A stretch of 64,000 bases of DNA from Somniosus microcephalus (lineage: Eukaryota): NCBI GenBank assembly GCA_052327205.1, contig CM126207.1:151776001-151840000 (forward strand), given 5' to 3'. Each line of letters opens with the position of its first letter. Position 1 is the stretch's first letter. Below the pieces are notes generated by a model that was not told the DNA's origin, searched no databases, and saw only the letters and a program-made list of their open reading frames with translations. This document shows positions 40,267 to 52,200 of the stretch, piece by piece. The position numbers and the translations under genes were made by a program.

Positions 40267-40558
40267 CACTGTTGCCTCACAGCACCAGGGACCCGGGTTC
40301 GAATCCGGCCTCGGGTGACTGTCTGTGTGGAGTTTGCACATTCTCCCCGTGTTTGCGTGGGTTTTCTCCGGGTGCTCCGGTTTCCTCCCACAGTCCAAAG
40401 ATGTGCGGGTTAGGTTGATTGGCTATGATAAATTGACCCTTAGTGTTAGGGGGATTAAATACGTGGGGTTACGGGGATAGGGTGGGATATGTGTCAGTGC
40501 AGGCTCGATGGGCCGAAATGGCCTCTATCTGCACTGTGGGGTTTCTGTGATTCTGTGA
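40267..40558 (+). mobile_element. HE1/V-SINE-type SINE inserted in the Gypsy protease
   Basis: Same core and tail as 5260-5599. Splits ...VTF/KLDTG. Confidence 0.88.
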
Positions 40559-42861
40559 ATGTAACTAATGCTCCATTTATCTGCAGCGGGATCATCCATT
40601 TGTCCTCTTTTACTGCATTAACTTTATGTTCAGCATTGTCTATTTCTGAGGGCTGCACATTTTCTGTATCTTTTTTGATATCGTCACATGCCACCATTCC
40701 TACAAAAAATGTCTCACTTAAATCAGTGTCCTCAATCACATTAACTCGTTGCCCTTTCATCGTTTTTACTTTTGAAAAGCATTGTTTGGCAAAGTGATTC
40801 TTTCCATTACACTTTGTGCACATTTTTCCAAACGCTGGGCATTGTCTTAACTGGTGTTTGTAACCACAGCGTTTACAATTAAAAATTTCATCCTCCGATT
40901 GCTTTTCATTTCTGTTCTGCCCATGTTTCTTCCCCTTGTAGGACACAGCACCGACAGCAGCATTATCACTCATTACATTCGCATCATTATTGATTTCACT
41001 GAAAGTCTTCGCGTGATTTCGAGCTAGCTCGCTGGCTTTGCATATTTTCACTGCATTTTCCAAATTTAGTTCGGTTTCCCTCAACAGACGTTCCCTGACT
41101 TTTTTATCATGAATACCAAACACAATCTGGGCAATAATCATGGATGCTTTGAGCTCAGAGAAATTACATGTCTGTGCTTTCAGCTTTCAGTTTCAGATCA
41201 GTTATAAAGCTAACAAAAGTCTCATTTTGTTGCTGTGTCCGAGAACGGAAGATGTATCTTTCATACGTCTCATTCTTTTTGGGAGAGCAATGTGCATCAA
41301 ATTCTTTTAGCACATCTTCTAATTTTTCTCTGTTCTCCGCTGGATTAAATACAAATGTATTAAATACCTCTATTGCCTGTGGGCCTGCAACTGTAAGCAG
41401 CAACGCTATCTTCCTTGCGTCTGGCTTCGTACTGAATCCGATGGCTGCAATGTAGAGTTCGAATTGTTGTTTAAAAATCCGCCAATTGTAGTCGACATTT
41501 CCCTCGAGATTCAAACCTCCTGGTGGCTTCAAATTCTCCATGTCGCTTTTCACAATTTTCAGCAGATCTTCACCATGTTATGTTCATTAATAACTAGACA
41601 TTCTTATTATGAACACAGCTAGCTTTTGCTAGTTACTTTATTGAGCCATGTGGACTAGGTACAGCATCTTGTAGAGATGCAGCATTGTGCTCCTGTGTGC
41701 CTTCTGGGTAGCCTAGCCTCATGGGTAATGTAGTCTTAATATATATATAGCTGGGTAGTGTAATTTTATACATACAGCTCTATACAGCTCCACTGCTCCA
41801 CCTAGTGTCCACCACAGAATGACATGTTATTGATCACTACAATTACCACCTACCGCCCTCCCTCAGCTGATGAATCAGTACTCCTTCATGTTGAACACCA
41901 ATTGGAAGAAGCACTGAGAGTAGCAAGGGCACAAAATGCCCTCTGGGTGGGGAAATTCAATGTCCATCATCAAGAGTGGCTCGGTAGCACCACAACTGAC
42001 CGCGCTGGCCGAGTCCTAAAGGATATAGTTGCCAGACTGGGTCTGCGACAGGTGGTAAGAGAACCAACAAGAGGGAAAAACCTACTTGATCTCATCCTCA
42101 CCAATCTAACTGTTGCAGATGCATCTGTCCATGACAGCATTGGTGGAAGTGACCACCGCACAGTCCTTGTGGAGACGAAGTCCCGTCTTCATGTTGAGGG
42201 TACCCTCCACCGTGTTGTGTGGCACTACCATGGTGCTAAATGGGACAGATTTTGAACAGATCTGGCAACTCAAAACTGGGCATCCATGAGGCACTGTGGG
42301 CCATCAGCAGCAGCAGAATTGTATTCAACCCCAATCTGTAACCTCATGGCCTGGCATATCCCTCACTCTACCATTACCATCAAGCCGGGAGATCAACCCT
42401 GGTTTAACGAAGAGTGCAGGAGAGCATGCCGAGAACAGCACCAGGCATACCGAAAAATGAGGTGTCAACCTGGTGAGGCTACAACACAGGACCACTTGCA
42501 TGCCAAACAACGGAAGCAACATGCGATAGACAGAGCTAAGCGATCTCACAACCATCGGATCAAATCAAAGCTCTGCAGTCCTGCCACATCCAGTCGTGAG
42601 TGGTGGTGGACAATTAAACAGTTAACAGGAGGAGGAGGCTCCAAAAATATCCCCATCCTCAATGATGGTGGAGCCCAGCACGTGAGTGCAAAAGACAAGG
42701 CTGAAGCGTTTGCAACTATCTTCAGCCAGAAGTGCCGAGTGGATGATTAATCTCGACCTCCTCCTGAGGTCCCCAGTGTCACAGATGCCAGTCTTCAGCC
42801 CATTCAATTCACTCCACGTGATGTCAAGAAATGGCTGAAGACACTGGATACTGCAAAGGCT

Positions 42862-44349
42862 ATGGGCCCTGACAATATTCCGGCAATAGTACTGAAGACT
42901 TGTGCTCCAGAACCTGCTGCACCCCTAGCCAAGCTGTTCCAGTATAGCTACAACACTGGCATCTACCCGGCAATGTGGAAAATTGCCCAAGTATGTCCTG
43001 CCTACAAAAAGCAGGACAAATCCAACCCGGCCAATTACCGTCCCATCAGCCTACTCACAATCATCAGCAAAGTGATGGAAGGTGTCGTCGACAGTGCTAT
43101 CAAGCGGCACTTACTCAGCAATAACCTGCTAACTGACGCCCAGTTTGGGTTCCGCCAGGGTCACTCAGCTCCTGACCTCATTACAGCCTTGGTCCAAACA
43201 TGGACAAAAGAGCTGAACTCAAGAGGTGAGGTGAGAGTGACTGCCCTTGACATCAAGGCAGCATTTGATCGAGTGTGGCATCAAGGAGCCCTAGCAAAAC
43301 TGAAGTCAATGGGAATCAAGGGGAAAATTCTCCATTGGTTGGATTCATACCTAGCACAAAGGAAGTTGGCTGTGGTTGTTGGAGGTCATTCATCTCAATC
43401 ACATGACATCACTGCAGGAGTTCCTCAGGGCAGTGTCCTAGGCCCAACCATCTTCAGCTGTTTCATCAATGAACTTCCCTCCATCATAAGGTCAGAAGTG
43501 GGGATGTTCGCTGATGATTGCACACTGTTCAGCACCATTCGAGACTCATCAGATACTGACGCAGTCCGTGTCCATATGCAGCTGGACCTGGACAACATTC
43601 AGACTTGGGCTGACAAGTGGCAAGTAACATTCGCACCACACAAGTGCCAGGCAATGACCATCTCCAACAAGCGAGACTCTAACCATCTCCCCTTGACATT
43701 CAATGGCATTACCATCGCTGAATCCCCCACTATCAACATCCTGGGGGTTACCATTGATCAGAAACTGAACTGGACCAGCCATATAAATACTGTGGCTACA
43801 AGAGCAGGCCAGAGGCTGGGACTTCTGCAGCGAGTGTCTCACCTCCTAACTCCCCAAAGCCTTTCCACCATCTACAAGGCACAAGTCAGGAGTGTGATGG
43901 AATACTCTCCACTTGCCTGGATGAGTGCAGCTCCAACAATACTCAAGAAGCTCGACACTATTCAGGATAAAGCAGCCCGCTTGATTGGCACTCCATCCAC
44001 CACCTTCAACATTCACTCCCTCCACCACCGGCGCACTGTGGCTGCAGTGTGTACCATCTACAAGATGCATTGCAGCAACTCGCCAAAGCTCCATCAACAG
44101 CACCTTCCAAACCCGCAACCTCTACCACTTAGAAGGACAAGGGCAGCAGACGCATGGGAACATCACCACCTACAAGTTCCCCTCCAAGCCAGACACCATC
44201 CTGACTTGGACCTGTATCGCTGTTCCTTCACTGTCGCTGTGCCAAAATCTTGGAGCTCCTTTCCTAACAGCATTGTGGGTGTACCTACACCATATGGACT
44301 GCAGCAGTTCAAGAAGGCGGCTTACCACCATCTTCTCAAGGGCAATTAG
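42862..44349 (+). pseudogene. LINE reverse transcriptase domain (longest open segment of ORF2)
   Basis: 495-aa ORF with non-LTR RT motifs GVPQGSVLGP and FADD. Confidence 0.88.
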
Positions 44350-44411
44350 GGATGGGCACTAAATGCAGGGCTAGCCAGCGATGCCCACATCCCATCAATG
44401 AATAAACAAAA

Positions 44412-44670
44412 ACACATACGCCCAGGTCTCTCTGTTCGTGCACCCCCTTCAGGATTGTACCATTTAGTTTATATGTCCTCTCCTCATTCTTTCCACCAAA
44501 ATGGATCACTTCACACTTTTCTGCGTTAAATTTCATCTGCCACGTGTCCGCCCATTTCACCAGCCTGTCTATGTCTTCGTGAAGCCTATCACTCTCCTCC
44601 TCACTGTCCACTATACTTCCAAGTTTTGCATCATCTGCACATATTGAAATTGTGCCCTGTACACCCAGGT
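44412..44670 (-). mobile_element. CR1 LINE fragment
   Basis: ORF 44336-44611 reads ...DRLVKWADTWQMKFNAEKCEVIHFG...RDLGV, typical of the CR1 RT C-terminus. Confidence 0.75.
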
Positions 44671-44790
44671 CTATATATTTGACATTTCAGAAGGATAGGC
44701 AGAAAGGAAAAGGAGGTGGGGTAGCTCTGTTAATAAAGGATGAAGGAGTGCAGGAGTGAGAAATGATATTGGCTCAGAAGATCATGAAGT
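44671..44790 (+). mobile_element. CR1 endonuclease fragment
   Basis: Encodes a KDRQKGKGGGVALLIKDE-like APE motif. Confidence 0.5.
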
Positions 44791-44794
44791 AAGA

Positions 44795-45237
44795 TCAACA
44801 GGAAATCCTGAAAAAACTCAGCAGGCCAGGCAGCATCCATGGAAAGAGAAACAGAGTTAACGTTTCAGGTGGAAGAACTTTCGTCAGAACTGGAAAAAAT
44901 CAGGCAATGGAAAGCAAGTTTAGGGGGTAGGAAAAGGGGGAGGGGATGAAAGAACAAAAGGGAAGGTCAGTGATGGGATAGAAAGCAGGAGAGATTAGGA
45001 AACATTGAAAGATATTAAGTGATTTTCAAGGAAAGAGGAGGAGGTAATGGGACAGGTTAAGGAACAAAGGGTGGCTCTCGATGAAGTGTGAATTGCACTG
45101 GCAGAATGAAGGACAGTTGCCATGTGGGAGGGAAGAAAAAATCTTCCCTTCACCTCCCCTTTCAGCATTCCGTAAGGACCGCTCCCTCCGCGACAAACTA
45201 GTCTATGCCTCTACCATCCCGAGCACCCCTTCCCCTT
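44795..45237. mobile_element. Penelope-like element remnant
   Basis: Terminal-type sequence aaactcagcaggccaggcagcatc...acgtttcagg, plus a PSPPLSAFRKDRSLRDKLV peptide like that preceding the PLE GIY-YIG domain. Confidence 0.45.
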
Positions 45238-46726
45238 TGTAGGGTTCTCAAAAATCCCACATTCACCAAAAAGTTATCAATAAAAGGGACCCTGAATGGA
45301 CAAGTTATTAAAAAGGGTACCCAAAGTAAAATGGCTTCAAACCTCATGACAGAAGCCTGCAGGATTTTAAAAAGCAAGGCCCTGCAAAAGCAGGTCAATT
45401 CAAAGCTGTGAAGAGAACCCTGGCAGGCATGGACCTGTGAAAGAATTTGTCATTTCTAAAGCCAGACAGCTAGATAAACACAGAATATGCATTCTTCATC
45501 TTGAAACAGATCGACTCAGGATAGACCTAATCTTGAAGCCATTAACTTTCTGCATAAATAATCGGTAACAGCTCAAAGTAGCTTCCAAGCCAGGGAAAGA
45601 TGATTAAACTTCATAAATGACAAGCATCCAGGATAATGAAGCCGTTAAGCAAGGAGACAACTGCCCCAAAAGACATTAAGGTGAATGGCTGTAAACACTT
45701 TAGATGAGCCCGCCAAAATTAAACAAAGAACTCGACTTGATTTGGTGCGCAGATAAGGGGTGAAGAGTTGGTATAATTGTAGGCCCACCTGTAGCCAAGG
45801 TCTCTTCCTTCTCTCTCTTCTTCTCTCCTCATCCCGCGCTGACACTGAAATAAACGCCCACCATAACACTGGGGACCAAACGCGTGGCAGGAGAAGGCCA
45901 GCCATCGGGGCTCGAAAAGGAACGAAGCCAAACAACAAGATCGAGGGCCAGCCATCGGGGGCACAAAGAGGAATAGAGCCAAACAGCAAGATCGAGGTCG
46001 CAGCACGGTGGGGTAGGCTCAACTGAGGACAACTAGGCTGTAAAAGACCAAGCCTACACGGAAGGCCACCAACCGAGCATATCCGCAACGAAACTCGACG
46101 ACCAAACCACCACGAGAAGAACAAAACCCGAGGTTTCCACTCTACAACGTAAGGACTTTACTGTCCCTATTTCTAGTCAAAGGAAAGGGGACTTAATGGA
46201 CAAATCCATAACCGTGCCCATACCGCATCAGCGGACTCAACCCAACTGAGGGACCTTCGCAGTTCCCAAGACTGAGACCACGAGGAGATGGCAGGCCCCA
46301 AACGACACAGAGAGTGAACAACAAAACTGCAACCGGCTTGATCAACATGTTTCAAACTGTCAAGGAAACCCGATTGGTGAGCATAAATCCCTGGCCCTTC
46401 TTAGCTCAATCTAGTTAGGTATTGGGGGTGGGACAAGGGTAGGGGGATTATTAATGTGATTGTTCCCTCGTTGTGCTGTGTGTGCCCCATTCCCAACTAA
46501 GTGTACTTTTATATGTCTGTAATTATCCTAGTAATTTCCAGTGTTGTTATATTCTGGTGCCTTTAATAAAATTGTGGTTTTCTTGTACCAAACCACTTGT
46601 CTACTCTAATTCTGTATCGCCGCCTGTACCTAAGTCCGGTGTCAAGAACCCAGGGGTGTGGGAGTGATTCGAACCGCTCAGAGACAGTCAGGGGAGGAGC
46701 TGACTGGGCACACGCCACCCCCTACA
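45238..46726 (+). repeat. 5' LTR (1489 bp) of ERV-like element 2
   Basis: TGTAGGG...CCCTACA inverted termini, TATAA at ~45772, AATAAA at ~46565, and an internal ~50-bp tandem duplication at 45897-45998. Followed by GAAA and the PBS. Confidence 0.8.
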
Positions 46727-48284
46727 GAAATGGCGACCACGGCAGGACACCAGCAACAGGGGTGCAATAGAGTAGACGATGGTTCGGAAGAGCAAACCAT
46801 GATGGAGGAAAGGATCAAAGACCGAATGGATGAGCTACAGAATTTGTTCATCCCAGTTTGGCATAAATATAAAACAAAAAAGGTGACTCAACCATTGCTA
46901 ACAAGGGAAATTAGGGATAGCATAAGATCCAAGGAGACGACATATAAATTGGCCAGAAAAAGCAATAATCCTGAGGATTGGGAGCAGTTTAGGATTCAAC
47001 AAAGGAGGAAAAAGGGATTAATTAAGAAAGGGAAAATAGAATATGAGAGTAAGCTATCAGGGAACATAAAAACTGACTGTAAAAGCTTTTATAGATATGT
47101 GAAGTGAAAAAAATTGGTGAAGTCAAGCGTAGGTCCCTTGCAGTCAGAATCAGGGGAATTTATAATGGGAAACAAAGAAATGGCAGACCAATTAAATTCA
47201 TACTTTGGTTCTGTCTTCACAAAGGAGGACACAAATAACCTCCCAGAGATGCCGGGGAACATAGGGCCTGATGAAAGGGTGGAACTGAAAGAAATCCGTA
47301 TTTGTAGGGAAATGGTGTTAGGAAAATTGATGGGACTGAAGGCCAATAAATCCCCAGCGCCTGATAATCTACATCCCAGGGTATTAAGGAAGTGGCCCTA
47401 GAAATAGTAGATGCATTGCTGGTCATCTTCCAGAACTCGATAGACTCTGGAAGAGCACCCATGGAGTACCCAAGAGTACTCAAAAAAGGTGGTAGAGAAA
47501 AAGCGGGGAATTATAGACCAGTATGCCTGACATCGGTAGTGGGGAAAATGCTAGAGTTTATTATAAAATATGTAATTGCAGAGCACTTGGAAAGCAGTGA
47601 CAGGATCGGACAAACTCAACATGGATTTACAAAAGGTAAATCATGCTTGACTAATCTACTGGAATTTTTTGAGGATGTAAGTGGTAAAATAGATAAGGGA
47701 GAACCAGTGGATGTGGTGTATTTGGACTTTCAGAAGGTTTTCGATAAGGTCCCATACCAGAGATTAGCATGCAAAATTAAGGCACATGGGATTGGGGGCA
47801 AGGTATTGACTTGGATAGAGAACTGGTTGGTGGACAGAAAGCAAAGAGTTGGAATAAATGGGTCATTTTCCGAGTGGCAGGCAGTGACTAGTGGGGTACC
47901 TCAAGGATCAGTCATGGACCCCAGCTGTTCACAATATATATGTGGTAAACCACTTTTACCGTTCACTATCGTTACACTATAGTTATCACTGTTAGATCGT
48001 TTCCCTATAGTTATCACTGTTCACATTGTTGTATCACTGTACGAGGTCGCCTCTTGTCACGCTGCTATACCTGGGCTGACCACTGCCGACTCCGCCCATG
48101 GCTCCACCTACCTGCCCAGGTATAAAGGTGGTCGACTGGCTGGTATTCCTCCTTCTTGGATCCGATCACCCACGAGGGTGGGCTCTGTTATTTAGTCAAT
48201 AAAAACCTATAGTTACTTTCTTAACTCGTCGCTTTTCATTGGACGAATTGATAGGTATATCAATTTTATTGACTAAATTTTAAA

Positions 48285-49202
48285 ATGTCGTCACTTGAGC
48301 AGCCAAACAACCAGTCAACGGAGCAGCCAAACGACCAGCCAGACACCCAGCTACAACAGCCACAGCAGCCGGCTTGGCTGCGAGCCCTCAAACCACCGTA
48401 CCTGGATCTAAACCCACAAGCAACAAACGCAGCCCTCGACTTCAAACACTGGCTGTGCTGCTTCGAATCCTACCTGGAAGAATCCGGCGTCCCCCAGAGA
48501 TCCAAACTAAGAGTTCTGACTGCCCAAGCGAGTCCTAAAGTATACGCACTCATCCAGGACATTACTACTTACGAGGCCGCTATCAACCTACTGAAACAGC
48601 AGTACCGGAGCCCGGTAAATTCCATGTATGCCAGACACCTCCTAAGATCCCGCCCGCAACAGCCAGGAGAGTCTGTAGCTGAATTTTTACGGGCGCTACG
48701 AACACTCGGCAGGGACTGTGACTTTAAAGCAGTATCGGCTGCAGAAAACACTGAAGATAACATCCGCGATGCCTTCGTGAAAGGCCTTCGGTCCGACTAC
48801 TCACGGCAGAGACTGCTGGAATCAAAGGACCTCGACCTGAACACAGCTGCAGCCTTGGCCTACTCCCTAGAAGTGACCCAGCGGGACCTCGAGGTGTATT
48901 CCAGGTACAGTTCGCGACTCTGGGACTCGGGCCCGACCCCGACCGCAATACCCCTCGTAGCGCCACCCCCGGGACCTACCTCAGCATCGGCGTCCCGGAC
49001 CCGATCGGGACCGCCACCCCCGGTACCGGCTGCGACATCGGAGCCCCGCGACCGGGCCGCCGGCTGCTTCTTCTGTGGGCAGGCGAAACACCCGAGGTCG
49101 CGCTGCCCAGCCAAAAACGCGACGTGCTCCAGCTGCCTGAAGAAAGGCCACTTCGCGAAGGTCTGCAGAGGGAGAGCAGCAGAGGCCAGCAGTGCCTCAT
49201 GA
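48285..49202 (+). CDS. gag: Gypsy Gag with two zinc knuckles
   Basis: CFFCGQAKHPRSRC and CSSCLKKGHFAKVC. Same frame as pol; the intervening TGAs look mutational. Confidence 0.85.
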   Translation: MSSLEQPNNQSTEQPNDQPDTQLQQPQQPAWLRALKPPYLDLNPQATNAALDFKHWLCCFESYLEESGVPQRSKLRVLTAQASPKVYALIQDITTYEAAINLLKQQYRSPVNSMYARHLLRSRPQQPGESVAEFLRALRTLGRDCDFKAVSAAENTEDNIRDAFVKGLRSDYSRQRLLESKDLDLNTAAALAYSLEVTQRDLEVYSRYSSRLWDSGPTPTAIPLVAPPPGPTSASASRTRSGPPPPVPAATSEPRDRAAGCFFCGQAKHPRSRCPAKNATCSSCLKKGHFAKVCRGRAAEASSAS

Positions 49203-49262
49203 GAACTGTGGGGGTGGCCATCTTTTATCAAGGCCACAGATGAGCAATGAGGGTGGCCATCT

Positions 49263-52200
49263 TTGATCCAGGCAACCGACGCCAGCAGTGCCTCATGTGG
49301 GTTGTGGGGGCAGCCATCTTATCCGCCATTTTGCCCCACCTCGTGGGCGCCTCCATTTTACCCACCACGCTCGACCGCCACCTTACCTCCAGACCTGACG
49401 ACCGCTTCACCTACAGACTACAGCGACCCGCTCAGCCACACACTTACCTCCGTCACGCTAGACCAAGCTCGCCCGCATCAGCTGTCCAAGTCAATGATGG
49501 ACATCAAAGTAGACGGCCACGCCACGACCTGCCTGTTCGACAGCGGAAGCACGGAGAGCTTCATACATCCAGACACGGTGAGCCACTACTCCCTCACTGT
49601 CCAGCCAACGCGCAACCGGATCTCGATGGCATCGAGGTCCCACGCCACAGACATCAGCGGCTACTGTGTTGTGACCCTGTCGGTTAAGGGCACGGAGTAT
49701 AAAAACTTTAAACTCCTCGTCCTGCCCCAGCTATGCGCTGCCGTCCTACTAGGGCTGGGTTTTCAATCCCACCTCCAAAGCGTCACTCTAGCATATGGTG
49801 GACCCCTCCCCCCGCTCACAGTCGACAACCAGCAGCCTTTAAATCGCCCACCGCGTAACACCTGCGGCCTATCCACCCTCAAGGTCCCGCCACCTTCCCT
49901 GTTCGCTAACCTCACCCCCGACTGCAAACCCGTCGCTACCAAGAGCAGGCGGTACAGCGCCGGGGACAGAGCTTTCATTAGCTCTGAGGTGCAGCGTCTC
50001 CTGAAGGAGGGCATCATCGAGGGGAGCAGCAGCCCCTGGCGTGCCCAGGTTGTAGTCGTTAAGACCGGCAATAAAAACCGCCTGGTCATCGACTACAGCC
50101 AAATCATAAACCGGTACACCCAGCTGTATGCATACCCCCTTCCCCGCATATCTGATATGGTCAATCAGATTGCTCAATACCGGGTATTCTCTACCATCGA
50201 CCTTAAGTCGGCCTACCACCAACTCCCTATCCGCCCCGAGGACCGCCAGTATACCGCCTTCGAGGCGAATGGCCGCCTCTACCGCTTCCTTAGGGTCCCC
50301 TTCGGCGTCACCAATGGGGTTTCGGTCTTCCAAAGGGAGATGGACCGGATGGTTGACCAGAACGGGCTGCAAGCCACGTTCCCCTATCTAGATAACGTCA
50401 CCATCTGCGGCCGCGACCGGCAAGACCATGACGCTAATCTGGAAAGATTCCTCCGTACGGCCCAACGGCTGAACCTCACCTACAATAAGGAAAAATGTGT
50501 GTTTAACACCTCGCGCCTTGCCATCCTCGGCTGCGTAGTAGAGAACGGAATCATCGGCCCCGATCCCGAAAGAATGCGTCCCCTCATGGAGCTACCCCGT
50601 CCCCACTGTCCAAAGGCGCTGAAGAGAACCCTGGGGCTCTTCGCCTACTATGCCCAATGGGTGCCGAATTATGCGGACAAAGCCAGACCCCTCATGAAGT
50701 CCACCTCCTTCCCCCTTACGGAAGAAGCGCGCGCGGCCTTCTCCCTCATCAGGGGAGACATTGCTAAGGCCACTATGCACGCAGTGGATGAGTCCATCCC
50801 CTTCCAAGTGGAGAGCGATGCATCCGACTTCGCCCTAGCCGCTACCCTCAACCAGGAGGGGAGGCCGGTGGCCTTCTTCTCAAGGACCCTACAGGGCCCC
50901 GAGATCCGACACTCTTCGGTCGAGAAGGAGGCCCAGGCGATTGTGGAGGCGGTACGCCGCTGGAGGCATTACCTCGCAGGCAAGCGATTTACCCTCCTCA
51001 CCGACCAGCGTTCGGTCGCTTTTATGTTTAATAACAAGCTGAGGGGTAAAATCAAGAACGACAAGATCTTGAGGTGGAGAATCGAGCTATCCACCTACGA
51101 TTATGATATCTTGTACCGGCATGGTAAGCTGAATGAACCCCCTGACGCTCTATCGCGAATTACATGCGCCAACGCGCAAATTGATAGACTTCAGACCCTC
51201 CACAACGACCTCTGCCACCCCGGGATCACCAGGCTTTACCACTTCATTAAGGCCCGCAACCTGACCTACTCCATCGAGGAGGTCAGGACCATGACCAGGA
51301 ACTGCCAGACCTGTGCCGAGTGCAAACCGCACTTCTTTAGGCCGGACAGAGCAAGCCTGATCAAGGCCACCCGCCCCTTCGAGCGCTTGAGCATCGATTT
51401 TAAGGGGCCCCTCCCGTCCTCTGACCGTAATGTGTACTTCCTCAACATTGTTGATGAGTACTCCCATTTCCCCTTTGCCTTCACCTGCCCAGACATGACC
51501 AGCACCACGGTCGTTAAATGTCTGAACGATCTCTTTGCCTTGTTCAGGTTCCCAAACTATATACATAGTGACCGGGGTGCCTCCTTCATGAGCGAGGAAC
51601 TCCGTCAGTTCCTACTAGCGAGAGGCATCGCCACTAGCAGGACCACCAGCTACAACCCCGGAGGGAACGGCCAGGTGGAAAGAGAGAACGCGACGGTATG
51701 GAAGGCCGTCCTCTTAGCCTTAAAGTCTAAGGGCCTCCCAACCTCTCACTGGCAGGAGGTCCTCCCGGCGGCGCTGCATTCCACCTGGTCACTACTTTGC
51801 ACTGCCATTAACGCCACCCCCCATGAACGAATGTTTGTTTTCCCCAGGAAGTCGACTACGGGAACCACGCTACCAACCTGGCTGACCTCTCCGGGGCCTG
51901 TCTTGCTGCGAAAGCACGTGAGGGCCCATAAAATGGACCCCCTGGTCGAGAGGGTGAACCTCCTGCACGCCAACCCCCAGTACGCCTACGTGGCATACCC
52001 AGACGGGCGGGAGGACACAGTCTCCTTACGAGACCTCGCACCCTCGGGCACTCCGGAGACACCACCGCTACCCCCCCACCACCCCCCCAATTCCAGCCCA
52101 GGTAGACGGTACGCCGGAACCCCAAGAGCCTTCGCCTACCTCGCAGACGCCAGCATTAACACCGGAGAACGCAACACCGCCGCTGTGACGATCAGACAGG

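Larger units (their letters stand above)
38967..41841 (-). mobile_element. Non-autonomous Gypsy LTR retrotransposon carrying a RALBP1 fragment
   Basis: LTRs 38967-39237 and 41576-41841, TSD ATTAC, PPT AAAGAAAGGGGGA. Frameshifted gag (41553 to ~40560) with zinc knuckles, protease KLDTG, and an IN-end remnant (RSTREVKEPDRLNL). Confidence 0.9.
38679..44411 (+). mobile_element. LINE (CR1/L2 group) ORF2 with APE endonuclease and RT, 5'-truncated, split by an LTR element at 38967-41841
   Basis: EN motifs ITES...GGG and YRPP..DH. RT motifs YRPISL, QFGFR, LDIKAAFD, GVPQGSVLGP and FADD. A-rich 3' end and approximate TSD acacat. Several in-frame stops. Confidence 0.88.

Noticed and set aside
39412-40398. 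328-aa ORF as a genuine RALBP1 gene
   Set aside because: Its N-terminus is antisense SINE plus Gypsy protease. Only ~135 codons are RALBP1-like, and they lie between LTRs.
46658-47107. 149-aa ORF as a novel gene
   Set aside because: Chance read-through of LTR end, gag start and the inserted CR1 ORF2.
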